DNA of 64,000 nucleotides from Fimbriosthenelais zetlandica (taxonomy: Eukaryota): the NCBI GenBank assembly GCA_977030845.1, contig OZ365113.1, forward strand, positions 13,020,001 to 13,084,000, read 5' to 3'. Positions within the stretch are counted from its first letter, which is position 1. Each line of letters opens with the position of its first letter. Positions 1 to 10,232 of this stretch are shown one piece after another. Below the pieces are notes generated by a model. The model did not search any database. It was not told the DNA's origin and worked only from the letters and a program-made list of their open reading frames with translations. Position numbers and translations under genes: made by a program.

Positions 1-419
1 AGTGGGAACGTCAATATCAAGCATATTATTCCGGCACCTTGTGTTCACTTAGGCCTGCTGGGTGAAATAAACATTTCCATCTTAGTCTTCCAGGAAGCCA
101 TTGAAGATGACATTGGACAATTAAAGGTAATGGATTGGACATGTACAAGTGACGAAAATCCCAACTCGAGATTCATTGTGGTGGTATTTCTTCCACTTAA
201 TCATCACACGTGGAGTCAAATGGTATACTTTAAAATACGTTTCAACTTCAGTCGTGTTCAATCAATTTGTTAACTTAACGGATGGACTGTGATTTAATAT
301 GTATTGATAATTTCATCGCGGGGGAATGGCATCTCTTTTCCCATTATATAATGACAGTATCGTACCATATTCATATATGTTCAATAAGCAAGTTATGGGT
401 GACAATTGACATAATTATA

Positions 420-784
420 GGGCTCATCCACTAGGTCGCAAGGGGGAAGCGAGCAATGGCGATCAGTGATCACTAGCGATCAAATCGCTCAATATTTAGA
501 ATGTTTAATATTTTGTGCGATTAATCGCATTTTTATGATCGCATGTAGCTTGCGATCCAATCGCTTATATGGATGAACACCGGCGATCTGATCGCTTGTA
601 CTGGCGATCAGGGGCGATCTAATCGCTAGGTACAAGCGATCAGAGGCGATCAGGGGCGATCTAATCGCCAGATAAAAGCGATCAGATCGCTGCCACCTCA
701 TCCACACCTATGTGATCGCTTCGGATCGTTAATAGCACTGATCGCAAGCAATCTCTTGCCCCTTGCGACCTAGTGGATGACCCC
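420..784. mobile_element. Non-autonomous DNA transposon (MITE), 365 bp, with about 70-bp imperfect TIRs and TA/TATA flanks
   Basis: The left end GGGCTCATCCACTAGGTCGCAAGGGGGAAG (420-) matches the reverse complement of the right end (GGGGTCATCCACTAGGTCGCAAGGGGCAAG, from 784 down). TATA flanks both sides (416-419 and 785-788). The interior has about 20 GCGAT/ATCGC motifs and no credible ORF. Confidence 0.85.
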
Positions 785-1168
785 TATAAATATCTGTCAC
801 CACAATCGGATCAAAAGTATGAAGTATTGTCCTATAGGAGATTGTTGTGACGGGTCCAGTTAGTCATTCTACGAACTAATCTATCAGTATTACGAGCTAC
901 ACACTCATTGTCACATGAAATCTGATTATCTACGTGTATATATAGGAAATGATAATATTATACGGACATTCGTGATTAGAATACATATGTCTGAATATAT
1001 ACCATATAATAGCCTATACACAATTGCCAAACTGACTGAATATGTGTTGAAGCATCGAACAGGGTGCAGATCCAGGCTTGACAGGCTATATGCTTGACAT
1101 GAATTAATACCGTGAGCAACTATAGTGATGTTTGTCAATGTGTATGGAGATTGCATATGTATTCTAAG

Positions 1169-1214
1169 AAGTTTCAGTGAAGTTCTTCCCCCAAGTTTCA
1201 GTGAAGTTATTCCC
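1169..1214 (+). repeat. 24-bp tandem duplication (AAGTTTCAGTGAAGTTMTTCCC x2)
   Basis: Two near-identical copies at 1169-1190 and 1193-1214. Confidence 0.8.
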
Positions 1215-4199
1215 TTGAATATCGTTGGATAATATAAACTACATTCTTGGCCCACGACCATATACAGTGGTCAGCATCTGAACCTCGTCTTAAATAATTT
1301 ACCCCTGTCTTACCCGTGATTACCACATGTCTTCTTATCAACCTCCTCATCTTTCCCTGCACAGATTTCCCACCATAATCTCTGTGAAGATAATCTCTGA
1401 TTCACGATCATGGATGTGCCTTTCTCTGAATCTATATTCCAAGCACCATTCCCTGATTATTCAGCGTTTAAATGACCATAGACATAATGTTCTTGATCAT
1501 TTTCATAAAGGTACATGGCAATAGCTTCGATCTACTCCAAGGTCATAATAGGATTAACCTTTTCCTAGCACCATTACCGTTCTGCTTTCCTACCCCTACC
1601 TCCTCAATTTTCCCTGCCACTAAGTAATGAGGGCTCTCTTCTCCAAATTTACCACCTACTATATCCTACCTTTATCCTGTGTGTCTGATGGTTTGGGAAG
1701 GTCTTTCTCACCTCTCTTTCCCGTTTGATCATTGTACACTGCTTGTCTGTCTTCTCAGGTCCAAATTAATCTTGGCTGGGATGGGATGAGTGGAACTTGG
1801 GTAAAAAGTTCATGAGGCTACCACGAGGGCTTTTTCCTCACTCTTACTTCGCGTCTATTCTCTTCCTGCTTTAACCACTTCTACTTACGAACACCCATTT
1901 AAGTCCAAATGTCAACTCCGAAGTGCTCAAAAGTCAAACCAGAGAATTTATTGAAAAACAAATCCCTGAAGATAGCAAGCAACCAGCAAGGTTGGCAACA
2001 TCGAATGATCCAATACATGCAGGCGGATCATGTCATATGCCTACAGACCAGTTTCATAGCCAGCAGCAGTTCTATTTCACCCTTCCAAGGAGGCAGTTAT
2101 TCTCTGTACAACCCTTTGTATGGCACTCAATCATTTCCAAAAACAGAATATCTGATGAATGGCTACTTGTGGGTAAAGGGTCTGAACATTGATGAGACTC
2201 CATTAACGTACAAAGGAAACGGATTCTCAACAAACATTTACATTAATTTGAGAATACAGTGTCTATACTATGGTCAACTATATACCTTTGTTCTCTTCAT
2301 ATCAGAACAAGGGGAACATGCTCTGTTTACCTCAGACTTTGGCACAAGGGAACCAAGCCATTATCTCCCAGTCACTGATGAAGACAACGTCATGCTTTAT
2401 TCATGAGTGAAATTGGTGTCATTTGATGGCACCTGTCTTTTTTCCTCTCCTTATATTCCATATTACTAATTAAGAGACTGAAGCCCTCTTCCCCAATAAA
2501 ACATTCGGATTCACTTCATTTTAAGGATGTCAGCCGTTCGCTAATTATGCTCATTGTATATAAACATCGGTTCCTGTAATCATGTTTTGCTAAACAAGAA
2601 GACTAATTAAAAGATTCTTAGTATGTAGGTTGGTAATAAGCACTTCTAAACATATTATGCAGAGTAAAACGCGCTTTATCCAATTTACTTGCATGCTGAG
2701 TGACAATATTACTAATTAACGCCAATGTGCCTGTCTTGAACACATCAAAAACATGTTAAGGGTGACCGGTCCATTATAAAAGCAGGAATCCACTGAGAAG
2801 GACAGACAGCATCCTATTTTCAACCTGACGTTTCTCCGAGTTAAAGAACAGACATATATCAGTAAACATCCATAAGTGCCTTCGCTGCAGTTCCATGGAA
2901 CAGAGGAAAGCCATTGTGGCATCTTCCTAATGCATCTTCCTAAAGACAAGAGAAACAGGAGTATTTAGCATGATCCTACCGACCATAATTATTGCTATTT
3001 CTTATATAGAGCCTGTTTTCAAAATATCTTAAAACCATTTTTACAAAGTGGAAAGTGGATTTTCCTTTTCAATCATCCATTTCCCAACCATGAGTCTGGA
3101 TATAAATTTAAATCACCGTATTTAAACATACTGTTTTAGACGAAAATGCGTGACAACTGGTTTGCACATGTTGGGGTATGAAGCAGTGAGCTGTGATGCA
3201 GTATATAACATGAGTAGCTTAGGCTAGGATAATGAGTGCCTAATGAAGGTAATTCCAGCAAGAGTCCTGACATAAAGTCCGGATAGAAACAACATAATCT
3301 ACCTAAGAGAAACCTGATCGGTGGGTGGGGAGAAAGAAAAATACCCCAAGCGTCTTGTCTTCACCAGGAAAGTGTCAGGTACATGTATGGAACAAGAAAT
3401 TATTACCCAAGGCTGCCAAAGTCATTTGGATGCACAATATTGAACTATAGACTTACTTCAAGAATAGTTTTCAGGATCAAACATTTGAAATATTCTCACC
3501 ACTTCACAAAGTGTTGCATTAATTGAGAGTGAATCTGAAAACATGGCTGAAGGTAGTAAATCCCTAAATCAAGTCATAAAGATGTCATAGATTCCCTTGA
3601 TTCCCTGCTCAATAACCTGCGGAAAATCAAAGTGTCCTAATGGGCCACGTTCTCCCCTATACATTGTATAATAGTGTTACAAAGGAAAGGGCTCTCACTG
3701 GAATAATTGCCTTTTCTTCCAGAGGGATGGGAATGCATTAACGTCATTGAGATAAATCTTCTTTCTACTCTTGACAATGATCACCACCAATTGGAACGTA
3801 GTGTGGTTTATAAATGTGAGCAAAAACGTGATATGAATACACGTCAAGATGTATACCATGTCCTCATTCCATTCAACACTGGTTCAATGAATGCGAATAA
3901 ACCGAATAAATATGATGAAAATGTACATCTACTTTGCTCCTTTCAGTGTGAGTAATGGGATAAACAACCACGAGCTGGTTATGGTTCAGTCCTGTCATCA
4001 CTCAATGATTGCTGTATTCATTTTACTACCACATATCCTCCAACTTCACATGGGAAACATCACGGATTGATTGGTAATAAGATCTGACACTTAAGGATGT
4101 TATTTCATTATATTCATTGCAATGAGAAATTTGTTAAATCAGGCTTCGGTGAAATGACAATCAAAAGAATAGCACGAACATGTATGTGACAAGCTTCGA

Positions 4200-4205
4200 T
4201 TTATT
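4200..4205 (-). promoter_or_regulatory. Candidate polyadenylation signal (AATAAA) of CTNNBL1
   Basis: TTTATT on the plus strand, about 300 nt past the CTNNBL1 stop codon on the minus strand; the nearest canonical hexamer I found. No transcript evidence. Confidence 0.3.
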
Positions 4206-4501
4206 TTCTCAGACATACGCACATCGACCTCATTAGATTTACAACATGATAACTATGTATTTTAGGGTACATGACTTGTTATAAAATATCATCTAACTCG
4301 ACATGTCTCTTTCTCCCATCTTTACAGTTTACATAATGCAATGTAAATGATCGTGTAATTCAACACATTACATGCCCATTCTTAACTATTGGTAGATTAC
4401 CAGTAACTGGTCTCGTTTGTATTTCGTGTATGATCAATGAGTGGCCTAATGATAATGGGATGAATTAAATTCGTGAATGAATAAAAAGATACTTTTTGAT
4501 A

Positions 4502-7500
4502 TTAGAATTTATCAAGCAGATCTAAGATTCGCTTTTGTTCTTTCGCTTGTGCTTCTGGATTTGATGCTTCACCGATGTTGCTGGCATATTCTGGAATGGG
4601 ACAGGAAGGAAATATGAAACTTATGCCAGTCTTTATAGTGACCATTTATTGTTAAAAATGTTAAAATATGTCATCTACATCTAAAATACTCACCCCTTAT
4701 TATACCTCTGATAGCTTTGGTAGATCCTCCTCGCATTGTCAATATCTGATTAACTCTTTGTTTGATCTAATAAGAATAAAATATTTTAAAGGGTTAAAAT
4801 TAAATCGAAATAATACAGATTTCTGAAATTCTATATTATGTTCATAATTGAAACGTAAAGGACATATAAAAATATAGATTTAAATCAACTTACAGTGGGT
4901 GGTCCAGAGACACAGACTTCCACCATGATATAGTCAATGAGTTGCAATGAGAATAGACCCACGTCTAATCTCTGTAAGTAAAACTGATCCTCTGTCTCCT
5001 CGTCTATCTCTCCTCCATAGATCTTCAGGTTCTGTACAAAAAAATATATTTATAAATATATTATAAATGTGATAATGTGCTGTAACAGAATAACATGTAG
5101 CTATTCCCTTATATATCTGAAGCAGGAATGATTTCGCCTAATGGCAATTGCATTATATTGACTAGTAAGACCAATCATTAGTAATTCATTAACAGTATGT
5201 TAAAATAGCAGCTTACATGTTTCTCGTGTTCAATTTTCTCATCAACAACACGAACCAGACCCAAATATCTAAAGTGGAGTTCCATCAGTCTGTCTACCTG
5301 CAAAGAGATACAAATGAGATAGAAAAGTGATTGAATAGTTCAATGCTCCAAGATACTCCCAGGCGGGGCCAGCACCTGCGATGTCCATGATTCCCATTAA
5401 GAGTATTGGAGAACGCAGGCGCCTTCTGACAGGAATAAAATGAACTACACACAGGTGGAATGTAGTACAAGAGACTTGCCTTGAAATTGTGAGAAAGTTA
5501 TTTTTACCTTTTCGTGGTCGTTTTCGGTGAATTTTGCCAGGAGTCTTTGGCGCTGCATGCCAGTACAGTTTCTCAACATGGAAGCAATGATCGACATGAC
5601 GTGTTCTGCAAATAAAAGAATTTGGTGATTCAGACCTGGTAATAACCAAAAAGATGGAATTACTTGGAACATAATAACCATCCTTTCTTACCTTCAATGT
5701 CGCTGGCAGAGAACTTGGACTTCTTGACCTTCTTTGTCGGGGTTTTCATCATTAAGGGGAATATACTCCGTAGACCGAGGATATCGACAAATTTCTGACA
5801 GTTGTCCGTCCCTTCTGCTCCCAACATGGCGTAATCAAGGACTTTTATTGCGCTTATTCTGGACATTTTCTTCTCTCTGGAAGAAAATTAGCTCAGTATT
5901 AAATGCCAATAATTTGGGCATGGTCCTCGAAAGAAATTACAAAGTACTATCCCCATTAAAATGTGACTGAGCTTACCTAAGCATGAGATTCATCAGTTGC
6001 AGGCCTTCACCTCGAAGGAATTTATTACGATTGGATGGCAGCATGAGAGCTGAACAAAGACAGTTGAACAAGTTCTCCATCATCTCTATTTCCTCTGCTG
6101 TCACTGGATCGTGGCGTTTGTATGTCTGCGAAAATAAATAGAGGAAACAGAGGTGACTGTAGTGGCAAGGAATCAAGACCTAAAAAGAAAGATATAATTC
6201 GTAATTTGGTAAATACAACTTACAGCAAGCTGTTGTAAGAGGACGTCGGTCCCGTCCTGATCACCCAACATCTGACGATTTTCTGGTCAAGAAAAAAAAT
6301 TAAAAACATGTAAAATTGAGCATCATTTAAAAAATTAAAATTCTGATTTTCAGATGAATTGCTCATACACACCAGTCTGATTTTGGACCAATATGGCAAG
6401 GATCTCGGAGGCATACAGCTTATTGGCATCAAAGGGTATTTTCGCCTGAAAGAAAGTAAATCAACTATAATTATCCCACACACTAATGGACTACAGACAT
6501 TATGTATATTGGTCAGGAAGACCAAGTGTTCAACAAACTAGAGATCACTTGTAAATTCAGTACGGTACACCGAATAATAGATGTTAAAAGAAATATGAGA
6601 ATGAATTCGACCGTCGTACCTTAAGTCTCTTCAAAATCCACTGCAGAAGGCCTTGTTGGGCAGCCTCAATACAGATCTCTGGCCTCAGCTCCGTCATATT
6701 TTCGATTATAGCTAAAAGCCAAAAACCGTTAGTGGAGACATAACGCTATATGACTGATACTGTACTATTTTGATGGATGCATAATTTTGTAAACTGAGGT
6801 CAACATTACTTACCTAATGTATTGTGGACACCATCAGCCTCCTCCTTCACACTCTCATCCATCCTCTCCAGGTTCTGTACCAGCAATGCTATCACTTGAC
6901 CCTCCATCTGGAAATGAGGGGTGCAAAATGTATCTATTACAGGCACAAATCTTTCTCCAAAATCTTAGGAGAAAAACTATAATTGGTGATTTCACCAATT
7001 ACACATACGAATTACTCACCACAGCATCGATAAGAACGTTTGCCCCTTCTTCGCTTTCTGTGAGCGTGTCAACATCAGTCATTTCTTGTAACAAATCAAC
7101 CACACCAATAGATATATCTGGAAAATAAGCAGATGAATTCACTCTTAAATAACGGCAACCATATAATTCACTATAGAAAATTGGGCAACATTTTGTTTTC
7201 TTACCTGTATTTTCGTGGCCGAGAAGTTGTAGCAAAGACTGGACAGAATTTAGCTCCACGAGGATATGGTACAAGTCTGGCACAGTGGCTATGACGTGCA
7301 TCTCCTGTATGATATCATTCAGCTCCAGTTCTGACTCCATAAACCTTAATATTAAAATAAATCATATTTGTATACCTGGGAATAAATGGGCTCAATCCTA
7401 TTAATTAATGTTCAATATATTTTTTAATTATTTATAAAATATATTTTTTAATTATTTATAGAATTTATTTTTTTAATTATTTTTAGAAGACATGATGACC

Positions 7501-8350
7501 CTTACTTCTCTGGGAGATCAGGATATTTGATTCTCATCTCCTGATTTCTGTACACCTTTTTTTCGAACTGTAGTAACATTTTCTTCAGCGCCGTGTCATC
7601 GAAACTGTCAGTCTGAGGTGAAGATAAAATGAAGATCATAATATTAATATACACCCTGCCAGGGATTAATTTCAGGCCTTGTAAAAAGGCTTATTTACTT
7701 ATTTATTTATTACCTTTTTGTTTATTCATTTGTTTTTTAAGGTTTTGTGACTCTTTTATTAAACCAATTCATGCTCTATAGAGTTCAACTATAATCATGA
7801 TTTGCGGTCAAAGACACAAAATGTTTATAATTATGAACAAGATAAACTGGAATCTTACATCTGTATCTTGCTCCAATCGTTCTAAAATCGCCTCTTTCTC
7901 CAGGTCACCAACAGCCGCTCTCTTGTACGCTGGATTCCCCATGTCGTAATCATCATCAGCCGACCTTTTAGACCCAGCAGATGGTTTCTCCGGCTAAATC
8001 ATTTTAAAAGGGAGAAAGGTAAGCTATCTGATACCAGTATACAATATACAGTAATCATTTCAGGGGTATGTCTACCCACATACACGGTCATAAGAGTTGA
8101 TCATGATACATTGATGGCCCGGCATTGAGCAGGTGGGAGTCGGGGCAGGAAAGCTGTGCCGACCGGTAGACCTTAAACTGGCCCCTATTGCAAAATCCCC
8201 GGGCATTAACTGGCCAGAAACAATTAACAAGTTTAACTAATGAAGAAACAAGATAATAAGTACCGATTAGACATTTATCTTAGCTTATATATGGCTGAAA
8301 ACATCGAAAATAAAGCTTACCTTAAATCTTAACACTTCAGTGACGTCCAT
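4502..8350 (-). CDS. CTNNBL1: Beta-catenin-like protein 1 (spliceosomal Prp19/CDC5L complex subunit), complete, 16 exons, 546 aa
   Basis: Exons (minus strand, 5'->3'): 8350-8321, 7993-7859, 7612-7506, 7344-7205, 7117-7020, 6907-6814, 6711-6620, 6445-6373, 6282-6224, 6125-5977, 5876-5692, 5605-5508, 5297-5217, 5031-4894, 4766-4694, 4590-4502. All introns are GT-AG and the phases join into a 1641-nt ORF from MDVTEVLRFK to LDLLDKF*. Family hallmarks are present: FMESELELNDIIQEMHVIATVPDLY, PFDANKLYASEILA, FLRGEGLQLMNLMLREKK, GTDNCQKFVDILGLRSIFPL, KFTENDHEKVDRLMELHF, EYASNIG. Confidence 0.97.
7414..7486. repeat. AT-rich minisatellite, about 24-bp unit x3, in CTNNBL1 intron 3
   Basis: AATATATTTTTTAATTATTTATA-like units start at 7414, 7438 and 7462. 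Confidence 0.8.
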
Positions 8351-9281
8351 GTTGGATTTCGGTGTATGAGGAATATTGCACGGGACGTTTTAAATCAGTA
8401 ATGTTTTAACGATTTACCGTCCATTCATTACTCCTAATATCACGAGAAAATATAACATTATTTATAAGTACAAGGGGGAAGTAATAGAAGTTCATTCTTA
8501 TACAAAAGCTGCTCATGAAACCAAAGTATTGTGGGCGATTATTTCATGAAGTCCGATGCAGCGCTGTAGTTCCTCAATTTCCCCCTTATGAGCAGCACCT
8601 CATAGATATCTTATGTTACTATATCTATGAGCAGCACCTTAGCTATAAACAGAATATAAAATAGATCCCTGGCTTTCCGTGCGTAAAAACTGGATAAATT
8701 GCTCGTAAATCTTTAATTTCAGCATATTTCTTGAAGTAATTCATTTAATTTCTTTTCAGATCTCGTTATTTCACTGAAAGACAACGTGTAACTTTCCCTG
8801 CAGCCACGCCTGAGCCCGCCGCGTGGTGTCTCTGGGACTCGGTTCAAAGCATCAAACCTTTTGTGTTGGGGTAGCGTAGGGACACCGTTCAGTGCATCAA
8901 TCTGCAAGTGCGGGCATTCACTGATCGGTAGGAGGAAGCTGGGGGAGGGATGCGTGATCCAAACTCCTAGAGTCTGTAGATCACGTCTCTGATCTACAAT
9001 TTCCCCTCTTTCTGTCATTAATACCATTTTGAGGAATTGTTGCAACTATGTGGATAGTCTTGAGGACGTTTGAGTGAAGTTAAAGTACTTTTAACGGTGG
9101 ATAATAACGCGGGTCGAGGGGGTTGTTTTGACAACTCGCTGGAGACTGAGTGGAGTTGAGCTGGCAGATCGGATTTGAGTTGAGGCCCTTATCTCGACTG
9201 AAAGAAAGGGTGAGTAGTGCCTAGTCGTTGTACTCAGTTTTGAGTATAACTCAGGGGAAAAGGGAAAACTTGACATATTCG
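8351..9281. promoter_or_regulatory. Shared (bidirectional) promoter and 5' UTR region between CTNNBL1 and ERC
   Basis: The ATGs at 8350 (minus) and 9282 (plus) diverge and are 931 bp apart. CpG is visibly more frequent around 8800-9500 than in the introns. TSS positions are not determined. Confidence 0.65.
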
Positions 9282-10232
9282 ATGTACGGGCAGACAGCTT
9301 CTCCACGGTCCCCTCGGTACGACGTTGGGCAGATCAAGGCGGTGGGGATGGGAGTCCATGCGGCAGGTACAAGCGGAGCTACCGTGCTCTCCCCGGGCAG
9401 ATCCCGCCGACACAGGACGGGCTCTAACCAGGGAAGCAGATCAGGCAGTCCTCTCACTCTCCAGATGGATGCTTCAACATATGGAGGAAGTGCCTCGGAC
9501 ATGAGTAGATCCTACCTAGGCGATGGTCTCACCTCATCTCACAGCCCTGTTCCTTCCTCAGGATCCAATAGGAGTCCTTTTCAGTCACCTGCTCATTCAA
9601 GGTCCAGCAGCATGACTAGTGTCAAAAGTCTTCTTCGGGATCGGTCCATGGATCGAAGTGGAACTGCTGCTGGTGAGAGGGATTTTTTACATCATTTTGG
9701 AAGTCATTCCCATGATAGAAACCCAGCTGGTGGGGGTATGCTCATCCGGGACAGGTCGCTTGACCGACAGCTTGATCGCCACTACCGCGATGGCGACAAA
9801 ATACATCACACCTTTAATAGTGGGCGTGATCGATCAGTGGATCGAGAATATCCTCATATGGGGGCAAGGTCTTTGGAGCGAGAAAACCATCACCCTTTAC
9901 GACATGGAAATCTAGTTAGATCTCGGTCGATAGATCATGAATACATGGCAAATCAATCAGCTTTCATGCCCTCTAACCCTGACCTCAGATTCACACCTGA
10001 TAGCAGGACAATGCTGCTGGACCTCCAAGCTAACATAGCTGAGTTAACTAAAGAATGTTTCACTTACCAACAAGAACTCGATGTGACCAAGGAAAAGCTA
10101 GGTTCTAGTATGAATAGTATAAAGACATTCTGGAGTCCAGAGCTGAAGAAAGAAAGAGCGATCAGAAAAGAAGAATCTGCTAAAATGGCCAAGATGAATG
10201 AGGACATGAGAGTCACCAGGGCAGAAAATCAG
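9282..10232 (+). CDS. ERC1: ERC coding exon 1 (Ser/Arg-rich N-terminus and first coiled coil)
   Basis: ATG at 9282 (MYGQTASPRSPR, similar to the MYGS start of ERC proteins). Ends RAENQ|gtaggt, phase 0. The ORF-track start at 9228 is a non-ATG artefact. Confidence 0.92.

Noticed and set aside
489-707. 72-aa ORF with repeated SDRxYLAIRSPLIA
   Set aside because: It is a translation of the MITE's internal GCGATC repeats. The resemblance of GCGATC to cyanobacterial HIP1 is irrelevant in animal DNA.
94-1800. Exon-like plus-strand segments 94-126 (EAIEDDIGQLK), 1365-1510 and 1759-1800 with AG/GT ends, possibly from an upstream gene
   Set aside because: The open frames have incompatible phases (0-0, 2-1, 0-0) and I recognise no protein. 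94-126 could still be a real exon of a gene outside the window.
1909-2406. Longest intergenic ORF (165 aa)
   Set aside because: No recognisable domain and no splice support; probably chance or decayed repeat.
2376-2415. CTGATGA...GAAA hammerhead-like words (also at 22851 and in SINE copy 2)
   Set aside because: Stem II and the flanking stems do not pair as a hammerhead core requires.
8719-9045. 108-aa minus-strand ORF between the two genes
   Set aside because: Non-ATG start, lies antisense in the probable ERC 5' UTR, and has no recognisable homology.
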